A program made the translations under genes and the position numbers. DNA of 64,000 bases, taken from assembly GCA_963797555.1 (NCBI GenBank), contig CAWCPV010000003.1, positions 224,001 to 288,000 of the forward strand. Reading direction: 5' to 3'. Positions within the stretch are counted from its first letter, which is position 1. Each line of letters opens with the position of its first letter. Source of the DNA: an uncultured Gammaproteobacteria bacterium (GTDB taxonomy: Bacteria; Pseudomonadota; Gammaproteobacteria; CAWCPV01). Positions 40,982 through 51,534 of the stretch are shown piece after piece. The notes under the pieces were generated by a model, which was not told where the DNA came from, ran no database searches, and saw nothing but the letters and a program-made list of their open reading frames with translations.

Positions 40982-42421
40982 TCACACCGATTTCGCCGCC
41001 GGGCGGTTCTGGCGGGCGGCGAGGAAGCGGAAGAACTCGACACCTTCACGCAGACGCCGCTTGAGCATCTGCGGGCTGCGTACCATCTCCGAGGTCAGCT
41101 CCGCCATCTTCTTCGGCCGGAAGTAGAAACGCCGGTAGAACGTGTCCACGGCCTCGAAGATCTCCTCATGGGAGAGGTGCGGATAGCTCAGCGAACTCAC
41201 CTGCAGTCCGTCGTTCGCTACCAGGCGGCCACCGTCGTCTACCAACCAGCCATTCTCCTGGGCCTGCCTGTAGAGGGTCGTGCCGGGATAGGCGGCGGCC
41301 AGCGATACCTGGATGGTGTGCGGATTGATCTCCTTGGCGAAGCGGATGGTCTCCTCGATGGTTTCGCGCGTCTCGCCCGGCAGCCCGACGATAAAGGTCC
41401 CGTGAATGGTGATGCCGAGCTTGCGGCAGTCTTCCGTGAAACGGCGCGCCATCTCCACCCGCATCCCCTTCTTGATATTGAAGAGAATCTGTTGGCTGCC
41501 CGTCTCGTAGCCCACCAGCAGGAGCCGCAGGCCGTTGTCTTTCATGATCTTGAGCGTTTCGTAAGGGACGTTGGCCTTGGCATTGCAGGACCAAGTCACC
41601 CCGAGATCCCCCAGCAGCCGGGCCGTAGCCTCGGTGCGCGGTAAGTTGTCGGTGAAGGTGTCGTCGTCGAAGAAGTACTCCTTCACCTGCGGGAAGTAGC
41701 TCGACGCCGTCGCGATCTCCCGGGCCACCACCTCCGGGCTACGCGTGCGGTAATGGTGCCCCCCGATGGTCTGGGGCCACAGACAGAAAGTACAGCGTGA
41801 CTTGCAGCCCCTGCCCGTATACAGGGACACGTAGGGGTGCAGGAGATAGCCGATGAAGTAGTCCTCGATGACCAGGTCGCGCTTGTACACCTCGATGACG
41901 GACGGGAGCCGGTCCATGTCTTCGATGATGGCGCGCTCGCGGTTGTGTCGGAGGCGTCCGTCGACCCGGTAGCTGATCCCATCGACCGCGTCGAGCGGCC
42001 GTCCCGCTGCGATGTCCTGAATCGTGTAGTCGAATTCGCTGCGGGCCACGAAGTCGATTGCGCAGGATGCCGCCAGCGAGGGCTCGGGTGACACCGCCAC
42101 GTGGGCGCCGACGAGTCCGAGCAGCAGTTTCGGGTTGACGTCCTTCAAGGCTTCCGCAACCTTGACGTCGGAGGCGAAGGATGCCGTGCTGGTGTGGAGC
42201 ACCGCCAACTCGTGCTCGGGGGCGAGCCGCAGGATGTCTTCCAGGCCCAGCCCGCGGGCCGGTGCGTCGATGAGGCGGCTCTCGGGCACCAAAGCCGCCG
42301 GCTGCGCCAGCCAGGTGGGATACCAGAAGGATCGAATCTCGCGGCGCGCCTGGTAACGGGATCCCGCACCTCCGTCGAACCCTTCGAAAGAAGGGGGGTT
42401 CAAGAATAAGGTCTTCATCAT
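40982..42421 (-). CDS. hpnJ: Hopanoid biosynthesis radical SAM protein
   Basis: KTLFLNPPSFEGFDGGAGSRYQARREI, RGCKSRCTFCLWPQT. Confidence 0.92.
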   Translation of the reverse strand: MMKTLFLNPPSFEGFDGGAGSRYQARREIRSFWYPTWLAQPAALVPESRLIDAPARGLGLEDILRLAPEHELAVLHTSTASFASDVKVAEALKDVNPKLLLGLVGAHVAVSPEPSLAASCAIDFVARSEFDYTIQDIAAGRPLDAVDGISYRVDGRLRHNRERAIIEDMDRLPSVIEVYKRDLVIEDYFIGYLLHPYVSLYTGRGCKSRCTFCLWPQTIGGHHYRTRSPEVVAREIATASSYFPQVKEYFFDDDTFTDNLPRTEATARLLGDLGVTWSCNAKANVPYETLKIMKDNGLRLLLVGYETGSQQILFNIKKGMRVEMARRFTEDCRKLGITIHGTFIVGLPGETRETIEETIRFAKEINPHTIQVSLAAAYPGTTLYRQAQENGWLVDDGGRLVANDGLQVSSLSYPHLSHEEIFEAVDTFYRRFYFRPKKMAELTSEMVRSPQMLKRRLREGVEFFRFLAARQNRPAAKSV

Positions 42422-42480
42422 GGACCGGATGCTCCTCTCTAGAACCGGCGCGTCCAGCGACGACCGGTCCGCATAGCGAG

Positions 42481-42823
42481 TCAGACGCGGAATACGTAGT
42501 GTTTTCCGGGCTCGCGCTCGCAGTCAGGGGGATAGCTCTTACGCTTATCCGCGTAATACTGCACGCGGTGGTCACCTTCGGACAGCCGGTTGTAGGTCAC
42601 GTACAACCCACGTCGCGCTTGGGCGGTAAGATTCGGGCCGGAGCGGGCTCTCCTCGAAATACATCATGTACTTCCCCGGCACCTCGGGATAACTCGCCAC
42701 CTCCTCGGTCCATGTGGAAAGGCAAGTCACTTCCCGCGGACCGTAAAGGCCGCACACTACCACATAGCCGTCCCGCATAAAGTCGCCGACCTGCGACGAC
42801 GCAAGCACCCGTTTCTCATTCAT
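42481..42823 (-). pseudogene. PhyH-family (PhnY*-like) Fe/2OG dioxygenase with large internal deletion
   Basis: N-terminus (F.RDGYVVV...PEVPGKYMMYFEESP) joined out of frame to C-terminus (SGPNLTAQARRGLYVTYNRLSEGDHRVQYYADKRKSYPPD...FRV*); no HxD core. Confidence 0.82.
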
Positions 42824-43630
42824 CCTGCAAGGTTCCGCCTTCTGCCTCCTCACGACCCCGCGGCCCCAGCAGACGCACGTGCACCTGCTGCCCCATTCGC
42901 CCAACGGCAGACCCAGTCATCAGCACCGCATCACCCGCCCAGCGCAGGCAGCCCTTGAGGCTGCTCCTCGCATGCCGGGCGTTCGCTCCCAACCGCCACA
43001 GGGCCACCCATTCGCTCGGCTGTCCGGCGGCGCCCCACACCAAACGTGCCATCGATAATCCGCGCCCCCCTGGGACCATCGCCGCAAGCAGCGGCCCAGG
43101 CACCGGCTCGTCGGCGGGATCGACCACGGCGCGTACCACCAGGAACGGGAGGCGAGCCTCCACAGCCGCCTCGGCCACGGCACCACTCTCCATGTCCACC
43201 GCAACCGCAGCATAGCGCTCCCAAAGCGCACGCTTGGCGGAGACGCTGGAAATCAGCCGCGCGGCGCCGAGAACCCTGCCGGTGTGCACGGAAACACGGG
43301 CGTCCAAGCACTCAATCGCGCGTCTGTGCCAATCGGCGTCCACCTCGAACACGGCCTGGTCTTCCGAAACCAGGGCGGTGGGGAGCAGCAAGCTTCCGGG
43401 GCGAAGCGCCGGGTCCAGCGCCCCGGCAGTGCCCCAACTGAGTAGGGCGCTGACCCCTTCGCTCAGCAAGCGCTGCGCCGCCGCTCTCGCCCGCTGCGCG
43501 CCGATGCCCGACACGGCGAGCAGCGCCCCGCTGCGCAAGCGCCAGACACCCGCCGAGTGCAGGAGTCTCGGCCCCAGCAGGGGCCGCGCCTCCCATGGCA
43601 ACGCCGAGACGATCCCGATACCCGCTATGT
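42816..43630 (-). CDS. hpnG: Hopanoid-associated nucleoside phosphorylase; start codon unclear
   Basis: GIVSALPWEA, SWGTAGALDP.L.PG, AVDMESGAVA, VVRAVVDP; directly after shc. Confidence 0.85.
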
Positions 43631-45577
43631 CGGGCGCTCCTGCAACAAGGCGCCATAGCGCGCCAGCGCCCACAGCGGGAAATACTTATCGTATCCGTGG
43701 TACTTGAGGTAGAAGACGCGCGGAAAACCTGGCGCCGTGAACCAATCGTCCCGCCACAGACCGCCTTCCTCCTGAGCCCGCAGCAAATAGTCAATACCCC
43801 GACGCATGGCCGCGCCATCCACCTCGCCCGCCGCCATGAGCGCAAGCAATGCCCATGCTGTCTGAAAGGAAGTGCTCGCGGGACCCCGGCCGGCCGTGCC
43901 GGGGTCGAAGTAGCTGCCATTGTCCTCCCCCCAGCCACCGTCAGGACGCTGCACGCCGCGCAGCCACTCGACTGCCCGCCGCACCGCCGGGTCGTCCGGG
44001 GGCACGCCGGCCTCCTCGAATGCCGCCAGGACCGACCAAGTGCCGTAGATATAGTTCGTACCCCATCGGCCGAACCACGAGCCATCGGTCTCTTGCTCGC
44101 TGCGCAGGAATGCGAGCGTGGCCTGCGCGACCTCCCGGTAGCGGCCCTCTCTGGCGTTCAGCCGCGAGAACGCTGCCAAGCAGCGCGCGCTCACGTCGCT
44201 GGTCGGCGGGTCGAGCAGTGCGCCGTGATCCGCAAAGGGGATCTCGTTCAAGTGGTAATGCGTGTTGTCCGCATCGAACGCGGCAAATCCTCCGTTCGCG
44301 GACTGCATGCCGCAAAGCCAGTGGGCCGCCCGCCGCGCCGACTCCCGGTACTTTTCGTGAGGCGATCTGTCCATGGCCCATACTACGACGCCGGTATCGT
44401 CCAGATCAGGATAGTAGGCGTTCTCGAACTGGAACGGCCACCCGCCCCCCTCCAAGCCGGGGCGGGACTCCCGCCAGTCCCCTGGTGCTTCCAGCAGTTG
44501 TCGGTCCTTCAGCCAGTCCAAGGCTTTTTCGGCAGCCGCCCGAGACGGCTCGTCGCCCACCTCCTGCAACGCCATGCATGCAAGCGCGGTATCCCACACT
44601 GGAGACACGCAGGGCTGACAGTAGGCGGAGCGCTCCCCCACGACGAGCAACCGTTCGATCGCATCCCGCGCGCTGATCCGCTGGGGATGCTCGTCCGGGT
44701 AGCCGAGAAGGGCCAGCGCCTCATACGCATTGACCATGGCCGGGAATATGGCCCCCAGCCCCCCCGTGCCATTCAGCCTCTCCACGAACCATGCTTCGGC
44801 CTTCCTCACGGCGCGGCGCCGCAGCCACGCGGGTACGAAACGCTCGAGGGCCCTGCCCACCTTGTCCAGCGATAGGAACACGTGGTTCAGCCGCGAGCGG
44901 ACCGGAAAATAATGCCGCTCGTCTTCGGGCCGGACCGTGAACAGCTCTCGAATGCCAATGTCCCGCGGGTTCTTGGCCTGCGCCTTCAGGCTGCACAAGA
45001 TGAGCAGCGGCACCATGACCGTGCGCGACCAGTAGGAGACCTTGCTCAGATGGAACGGGAACCAGCGCGGCAGCAAGACGATCTCGACCGGCATGAACGG
45101 CACCGCACGCCAGGGGACTTGGCCGAACATGGCCAGCGCGATCCGGGTAAAGACATTGGACCGCGCGGCTCCGCCATGATTCAGGACGGCCTCGCGAGCA
45201 CGCGCCATGTGCGGCGCCTCTACGGAGTCCCCGGCGAGCTTCAGGGCGTAATACGCCTTCACCGAGCAGCTAATGTCGAAGGGGCCTCCGTGGTAGAGCG
45301 GCCACCCGCCGGCGGCGGTCTGGTGATCCCGGAGATACACGGCAAGGCGCGCCTGCAGGCCCTGATCGATTTCATCCATGTAGTGCATCATCAGGATGTA
45401 CTCGGCGGGAATGGTACAGTCCGCCTCCAGCTCGAAACTCCAAAAGCCATCCCGATGCTGAACAGCCAACAGTGCGTCGCGCGCCCGTTCAATGGCATTG
45501 CCCAGCCTTCCCGGCCGCACGCCGGTATGACTGTCCGGCGCGAGGCGCTGCGTCACCACCGACGAACCCGCTGGCAT
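43625..45577 (-). CDS. shc: Squalene-hopene cyclase
   Basis: ELEADCTIPAEY, YPDLDDT (DXDD), QW repeats, WFGRWGTNYIYGT, GFPRVFYL. Confidence 0.97.
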   Translation of the reverse strand: MPAGSSVVTQRLAPDSHTGVRPGRLGNAIERARDALLAVQHRDGFWSFELEADCTIPAEYILMMHYMDEIDQGLQARLAVYLRDHQTAAGGWPLYHGGPFDISCSVKAYYALKLAGDSVEAPHMARAREAVLNHGGAARSNVFTRIALAMFGQVPWRAVPFMPVEIVLLPRWFPFHLSKVSYWSRTVMVPLLILCSLKAQAKNPRDIGIRELFTVRPEDERHYFPVRSRLNHVFLSLDKVGRALERFVPAWLRRRAVRKAEAWFVERLNGTGGLGAIFPAMVNAYEALALLGYPDEHPQRISARDAIERLLVVGERSAYCQPCVSPVWDTALACMALQEVGDEPSRAAAEKALDWLKDRQLLEAPGDWRESRPGLEGGGWPFQFENAYYPDLDDTGVVVWAMDRSPHEKYRESARRAAHWLCGMQSANGGFAAFDADNTHYHLNEIPFADHGALLDPPTSDVSARCLAAFSRLNAREGRYREVAQATLAFLRSEQETDGSWFGRWGTNYIYGTWSVLAAFEEAGVPPDDPAVRRAVEWLRGVQRPDGGWGEDNGSYFDPGTAGRGPASTSFQTAWALLALMAAGEVDGAAMRRGIDYLLRAQEEGGLWRDDWFTAPGFPRVFYLKYHGYDKYFPLWALARYGALLQERPT

Positions 45578-45656
45578 GCTTCAGTGTCCTCGCTTTGCGG
45601 AGCGATCGGGGTTCGCCCGATGACAGGCATGCATCGGCGGCAGCCAGTGCATGACC

Positions 45657-46751
45657 TCAGGCGCCGCGCACCTTCCGGTGCATCGCCCCACCACGGTCTG
45701 CTGACGCAGAGCGCCCGCGCGAACCATGCGCCGGCGGAAGCCCGCGGCCCGCAAGATAGAATAAACCCCGCAGCACAGTGTCGCTGCTGGCCGACAACCG
45801 CGCCAGGATGATGGTCGCCTTGACGCTGCGGCGCGAGATCTTCACCTCGCTGCCCGTAGTGAAGTTCGGGTGCTTATGAATCTTTCGCAGCGTGAGCACG
45901 GCCATCCCTATCGCCCATAGACAGAAGTTGCGAATGCCGGTCTCCCGTTTTGGAATTAGCAGGGTATAGGCGAGGGCGTTTTGGAGGTGGCCATGAGCCA
46001 CGCCGATCAGCCGCGCGAGCCCCAACCCGAAGCGCTCCTCGTAACGCCCAGGCGACAGCTCCCGCAGGTCGAAACCGACTTCGGCGAAAACGTCCTGGGG
46101 AAGCCAGCAGACGCCGCGGCCGCGGTCGTCCCAGAGGTCCTTCAGGATATTGGTCATCTGCAGGCCCTGCCCAAACGATACGGCCAGAGCGAGCAGGGCA
46201 TCCCGGTGTGCCGCAATCTCGGCGGAATAGTCGCAGAATAGCTTGGTGAGCATTTCCCCGACCACACCCGCCACGTGATAGCAATAGCGGTCCATCTGCG
46301 CCAGCCGCCCCAGCCCGTGTGGGCCATTGTTCTCCTGGAACTCGGCCATGCCGTCGGCCATGACCCGCACGCAACATTCCAGAGCCTCCTGCTGGGTAGC
46401 GGTGAAGCTCCGGGTCACCTCGATGACCCGCGGCGTATTGAGGATAAGCTCCCGCTCAGCCGCCAGGCTGCGCTCCGACAGCAGCGGGTAAATCTCCTCG
46501 GAGAAGATCTCCGGGGAGACATCGCCAGCGACCACTCGCACGAACTGTTCGCAGAACCGGCGCTTCTCCCCCGCGCTCAGAGCCACCTCGTCCTCGATGG
46601 TATCGACGATGCGGCACAGCAGGTAACCGTTCGCCACCACCCGCGCGAGCCGTTCCGGCAGCTGCGGTATGGTGAGCGCGAAAGTGCGCGACACGCCCTG
46701 CAGCATATATCCCTGGAGCGCCTGGTCCGAGATGGCGGCGGCCGGGTTCAT
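45657..46751 (-). CDS. Single-subunit squalene synthase (farnesyl-diphosphate farnesyltransferase-like)
   Basis: VSRTFAL, CRIVDTIED, YCYHVAGVVG, GLQMTNILKD. Confidence 0.85.
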   Translation of the reverse strand: MNPAAAISDQALQGYMLQGVSRTFALTIPQLPERLARVVANGYLLCRIVDTIEDEVALSAGEKRRFCEQFVRVVAGDVSPEIFSEEIYPLLSERSLAAERELILNTPRVIEVTRSFTATQQEALECCVRVMADGMAEFQENNGPHGLGRLAQMDRYCYHVAGVVGEMLTKLFCDYSAEIAAHRDALLALAVSFGQGLQMTNILKDLWDDRGRGVCWLPQDVFAEVGFDLRELSPGRYEERFGLGLARLIGVAHGHLQNALAYTLLIPKRETGIRNFCLWAIGMAVLTLRKIHKHPNFTTGSEVKISRRSVKATIILARLSASSDTVLRGLFYLAGRGLPPAHGSRGRSASADRGGAMHRKVRGA

Positions 46752-46904
46752 GGGGAGGTTCGCCAGCGGTCTTTGATTTTGGATTGAGCGCCTGGGTTTG
46801 CCGACGCACGCACGCCGGAGCGACCGGCCACAAGCACAAGATTCTAGCGTGTTTTTCGTGTATTCGGGATACCGTCCGGCACGACGGCAGCCTGCCAAGC
46901 GCCG

Positions 46905-48887
46905 CTAGCGCGCACAGCCTCGGGCACTTCCAGCCATTCCACCGAGACGTTGCAACACCGTTTGCACGATGCCCCCGGAGTCCAGGCCGCATTCGGCTAA
47001 TAGCTGCTCCCGCGAGCCATGCTCCAGGAATTGATCGGGCAGCCCCAAATTCATGAGCGGAACCAGCATTCCTCCTGCCGCCAGACACTCGTTGACGGCA
47101 CTGCCCGCACCGCCCGACACCGCATTGTCCTCCACCGTAACCAGTAGCTGATGCTCACCCGCCAGTCGCAGAACCAGATCTTCGTCTAGCGGTTTCACGA
47201 AACGCATATTGACCACAGTCGCGTCCAAGCGCCCCCCGGCTTCGAGAGCTGGCGCCAGCATGCAGCCAAACGCCAGAATGGCCACGCGGTGACCTCTCCT
47301 GCGCAGCTCCGCCCGTCCCACCTCCAGAGCCCTCATGGGCGCGCGCACAGGCACTCCGGGCCCACGGCCGCGCGGGTAACGCACCGCCGCCGGTCCCGGG
47401 TGCAGAAAGCCCGTGTACAGCATCTGCCGACATTCATCCTCGTCTGCGGGCGCCATCACGACCATGTTTGGGACACAACGCAAGTAGCTGAGGTCGAAGC
47501 TTCCCGCGTGCGTGGGACCGTCCGGGCCGACCACGCCTCCGCGATCGATCGCAAACAGCACGGGGAGGTTCTGGATGGCCACGTCGTGTATGAGCTGGTC
47601 ATAGGCACGCTGCAAGAAGGTGGAATAAATGGCCACGACCGGCTTGATACCCTCGCAGGCAAACCCCGCTGCGAGTGTCACCGCATGTTGCTCCGCGATG
47701 CCCACGTCGAAGTACCGGTCCGGAAACCGGCGAGCAAAGTCCACCATGCCGGAGCCTTCGCGCATGGCTGGCGTGATGCCGACCAGTCGCTCATCGCGCT
47801 CCGCCATGTCGCACAGCCATTCACCGAAGACCTGAGTATAGGCGGGTCCGCGACCCGGTGACCCGCACACCACGCCGGTCGTGGGGTCAAAGGGCCCCAC
47901 CCCGTGATAGGTGACCGGGTCACCCTCGGCCGGTCCGTAACCCTTACCCTTCTGCGTGGTCACGTGCAGGATACGCGGACCCCTGAGGGCTCTTAGATTC
48001 CGGAGAGTCGGAATCAAGGTATTGAGTTCGTGCCCATCTACCGGGCCGAAATAGCGGAAGCCAAGCTCCTCGAATAGCGTTCCTGGAGAGACCATGCCCT
48101 TCATGTGCTCTTCGGCGCGGCGCGCGAACTCCTCCACTGCCGGCATGTGGTGAAGGACCTTCTTGCCGCCCTCGCGCGCCGCATTGTACATCCTCCCGGT
48201 GAGAATCCTGGTCAGATAGGTCGACAGCGCGCCGACGTTTGGCGAGATCGACATCCTGTTATCGTTGAGGACAACGAGCAGGTCGGCCTTCATGCCCCCC
48301 GCGTGATTGAGCGCCTCGAACGCCATGCCGGCGGTCATCGCCCCGTCACCCACCACCGCCACCACCTTGCGTGGATGCTGGGTGCGGATTCCCGCTAAGA
48401 CCATGCCGAGCGCGGCGCTGATCGAGGTGCCCGCATGGGCGACGCCGAAACTGTCATAAGGACTCTCATCGCGTCGCGGAAATCCCGACAGCCCCCCCTT
48501 CTGGCGGATGGTACTTAGGCGCTGGCGGCGGCTGGTGACTATCTTGTGCGGATAGGCCTGGTGGCCCACGTCCCACACCAGACGATCCTCCGGCGTGTCG
48601 AAGACATAGTGCAAAGCCAGCGTCAGCTCCACGGCCCCGAGCCCCGCGGCCAGATGACCACCGCTGCGCGACACGGAGTCGATGAGAAATTCTCGAACCT
48701 CTCGGGCCAGCGGCTCCAGCGCGGACTCCGGCAGGCTGCGCAAGTCTTGGGGCGTATCCACTAGGTCCAGCAGCGGGTGACGACCATTGCCGACCATCTC
48801 CCACGGAACTGGAGCCCCACCGTAAGCTTCGGCTGCCGCGATGTCCTCCGACCCCATTTCCGTGGTCCCCCTTGATTGGCTCCTCAT
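46905..48887 (-). CDS. dxs: 1-deoxy-D-xylulose-5-phosphate synthase
   Basis: [41 protein letters not shown]. Confidence 0.96.
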   Translation of the reverse strand: MRSQSRGTTEMGSEDIAAAEAYGGAPVPWEMVGNGRHPLLDLVDTPQDLRSLPESALEPLAREVREFLIDSVSRSGGHLAAGLGAVELTLALHYVFDTPEDRLVWDVGHQAYPHKIVTSRRQRLSTIRQKGGLSGFPRRDESPYDSFGVAHAGTSISAALGMVLAGIRTQHPRKVVAVVGDGAMTAGMAFEALNHAGGMKADLLVVLNDNRMSISPNVGALSTYLTRILTGRMYNAAREGGKKVLHHMPAVEEFARRAEEHMKGMVSPGTLFEELGFRYFGPVDGHELNTLIPTLRNLRALRGPRILHVTTQKGKGYGPAEGDPVTYHGVGPFDPTTGVVCGSPGRGPAYTQVFGEWLCDMAERDERLVGITPAMREGSGMVDFARRFPDRYFDVGIAEQHAVTLAAGFACEGIKPVVAIYSTFLQRAYDQLIHDVAIQNLPVLFAIDRGGVVGPDGPTHAGSFDLSYLRCVPNMVVMAPADEDECRQMLYTGFLHPGPAAVRYPRGRGPGVPVRAPMRALEVGRAELRRRGHRVAILAFGCMLAPALEAGGRLDATVVNMRFVKPLDEDLVLRLAGEHQLLVTVEDNAVSGGAGSAVNECLAAGGMLVPLMNLGLPDQFLEHGSREQLLAECGLDSGGIVQTVLQRLGGMAGSARGCAR

Positions 48888-49336
48888 GCGCGTGCCGAAC
48901 CCCGCTCAGCCCGGGCGGGACACGCCGAGCCGCTTCGTCGCCGCCATCCGTGGCGCCTATCGCGCGCGGGAGATAGCATTACAGACCTGAATGCGCAGCG
49001 CAATGCCCCGCCTTAAGACTTCAGTTGACGGTCGATAGCAGGACATCCGTATCACGGCGCGCCGCCACCCACATGCTGCTCGGATTGTGCCGAAGCTTCC
49101 GAGTTCCCTTTGCAGAGCCCGCAGCGGCAAGTCCGACCGCCCACCGGACCGCACCGCGCGTCCGGGGCGCTCGCCGGGCCACCACGCACGACCCGCAGTC
49201 CGAACCAACTTTACAAGTACGGGTCCTTGTGATCTAATGGCGGCCATCTGCGGTATCATCTCGGCAGCCGCGTGTACCGGCCTCTGAGCACACTCCGCGG
49301 CCTGCCGAGATGTCTCGATCCCAATGGGGAGGGTGG

Positions 49337-50299
49337 ATGCAGGTCATACTGGCACAGCCGCGGGGTTTCTGCGCAGGGGTTGTGCGCGCCATCGAGATCG
49401 TCGAGCGTGCCCTAGAAATCTATGGGCCGCCCGTTTACGTCCTGCACGAGATCGTGCACAACCAGCACGTCGTAGAGGGCCTGCGCGCCCGCGGTGTGGT
49501 GTTCGTGGAAAACCTCGACGAGGTCCCGCCAAGGGCGGTCACTATCTTCAGCGCTCACGGCGTGTCCACTACGGTCGTCGAGGCGGCCAGGAAGCGGCAG
49601 TTGGAGGTGGTCGATGCGACCTGTCCGCTGGTCACCAAGGTGCACCTGCAAGCCCAGCGCTATAGCCAGCGAGGCTACGAGGTCATCATCATCGGCCATC
49701 TCGGGCATCCCGAGGTGGAGGGCACACGTGGGCGCGTGCCCGGTGCGGTGTACGTCGTATCGGGCCGGGAGGACGTGGACGACCTCGAAGTGCGGGACCC
49801 CGAGCGTCTGGCCTACGTAACGCAGACGACCCTCAGCATCGACGACACGCGCGACGTGATCGACGCCCTGAGACGCCGCTTCCCGTCCATTCAGGGTCCC
49901 GAGCTGGATGGGATCTGTTACGCCACTCAGAACCGCCAGAACGCAGTCCGGCAACTGGCGGCGACGGTCGACCTGTTGCTGGTGGTCGGGGCTCGCAACA
50001 GCTCCAACTCCAATCGACTGCGCGAGGTGGGCGAGCATGCCGAGGTGCGGGCCCACTTAGTGCAGGACGCCGAGGAGCTGGACCGGTCTTGGTTCGCGCG
50101 TGGTGTGCGCGTCGGGGTGACCGCGGGCGCGTCGACACCGGAGATCCTGGTGCAGGGGGTGCTGGATCGTCTGCGCACCTTCGGTGTGGAACAGGTATCG
50201 GAGCTTCCTGCTGAACCCGAAAAGACCACCTTCCGTCTGCCAGCCTCCCTATTGCGAAGAGCGCCCTCCGTTAAAACTTGCCCGCCTTACAAGCCTTAG
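49337..50299 (+). CDS. ispH: 4-hydroxy-3-methylbut-2-enyl diphosphate reductase
   Basis: [31 protein letters not shown]. Confidence 0.96.
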   Translation: MQVILAQPRGFCAGVVRAIEIVERALEIYGPPVYVLHEIVHNQHVVEGLRARGVVFVENLDEVPPRAVTIFSAHGVSTTVVEAARKRQLEVVDATCPLVTKVHLQAQRYSQRGYEVIIIGHLGHPEVEGTRGRVPGAVYVVSGREDVDDLEVRDPERLAYVTQTTLSIDDTRDVIDALRRRFPSIQGPELDGICYATQNRQNAVRQLAATVDLLLVVGARNSSNSNRLREVGEHAEVRAHLVQDAEELDRSWFARGVRVGVTAGASTPEILVQGVLDRLRTFGVEQVSELPAEPEKTTFRLPASLLRRAPSVKTCPPYKP

Positions 50300-50308
50300 G
50301 AGCCCGCC

Positions 50309-51427
50309 ATGAGCGTTCCACTGCGACAACAGCTCCGCGTCGGCACGTACATACTGCGCCAGAAGCTACGCCGCGTCGATCGGTATCCGTTGGTGCTCAT
50401 GTTGGAGCCCCTCTTCCGCTGCAATCTGGCGTGCGCCGGCTGCGGCAAGATCGACTATCCGGAAGAGATCCTGAACCGGCGTCTGAGCGTGGAGGAATGC
50501 CTAGCGGCGGTCGATGAATGCGGGGCGCCCATCGTCTCCATCCCGGGTGGGGAACCGCTCATCCACAAAGAAATGCCCCAGATCGTGGAGGGCATCATAG
50601 AGCGCAAGAAGTTCGTCTACCTGTGCACCAACGCACTGCTCTTGAAGAAGCGCATCGGTGAGTATCGGCCTTCTCCCTACCTGACCTTCTCCATTCACCT
50701 GGATGGGAACCGCGCGCGGCACGATGCCTCCGTGTGCCAGGAGGGGGTCTTCGACAAGGCGGTGGAAGCGATCAGGCTGGCCCGCAGCAAGGGTTTTCGC
50801 GTAACAGTCAACTGCACGCTGTTCAAGGAAGAGTCGCCGCCGGAGATCGCCGATTTCTTCGACTTCGCGATGAAGCTCGGAGTGGAGGGCGTCACCGTCT
50901 CGCCGGGGTTCAATTATTCCCGAGCACCGCAGCAAGAGGTCTTTCTGGAGCGGCATGCCAGCAAACAGCTGTTTCGCGACATCTTCAGGCTGGGGAAACG
51001 CCGCGGGTGGAAGTTCACCCAGTCCAGTCTGTTTCTGGATTTCCTCGCGGGAAACCAAACCTATCAGTGCACCCCATGGGGAAACCCTACTCGGAACGTG
51101 TTTGGCTGGCAGAAACCTTGTTACCTCCTCGTGGACGAGGGTTATGCTCCGACCTTCAGGGTTCTCATGGAACAGACGGAATGGGAGAATTACGGGGTAG
51201 GAAACAACCCGAAGTGCGCACAATGCATGATGCACTGCGGCTTCGAGCCCACCGCCGTCAACGACACTCTGGCACACCCCTTGAAGGCGCTCCGGGTCGC
51301 ACTCATGGGTCCGCGCACCTCGGGACCCATGGCACTCGATCCGCCCAACCGCTACATCGATGCTCCAGCCTCCGCATCCGCGCCGATCACCATCCGCGCG
51401 ACGGCAGAACGCGAAGGCGTGAGTTAG
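50309..51427 (+). CDS. hpnH: Adenosylhopane synthase radical SAM protein
   Basis: YPLVLMLEPLFRCNLACAGCGKI, CTPWGNP. Confidence 0.95.
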   Translation: MSVPLRQQLRVGTYILRQKLRRVDRYPLVLMLEPLFRCNLACAGCGKIDYPEEILNRRLSVEECLAAVDECGAPIVSIPGGEPLIHKEMPQIVEGIIERKKFVYLCTNALLLKKRIGEYRPSPYLTFSIHLDGNRARHDASVCQEGVFDKAVEAIRLARSKGFRVTVNCTLFKEESPPEIADFFDFAMKLGVEGVTVSPGFNYSRAPQQEVFLERHASKQLFRDIFRLGKRRGWKFTQSSLFLDFLAGNQTYQCTPWGNPTRNVFGWQKPCYLLVDEGYAPTFRVLMEQTEWENYGVGNNPKCAQCMMHCGFEPTAVNDTLAHPLKALRVALMGPRTSGPMALDPPNRYIDAPASASAPITIRATAEREGVS

Positions 51428-51534
51428 CCGAGCACTTTGTATGCTGCGTCACAGGCGGGCGTTTCCGGTGCCGACCACGATAGTGCTTGGCGCGATGCGG
51501 GGATGAAATTCGAGCATTCCCGGGCCGATCTCCG

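Noticed and set aside
39713-41644. 643-aa plus-strand ORF (also 19609-21009, 36554-37804, 43595-44875, 62992-63975)
   Set aside because: Antisense shadows of well-supported genes on the opposite strand.
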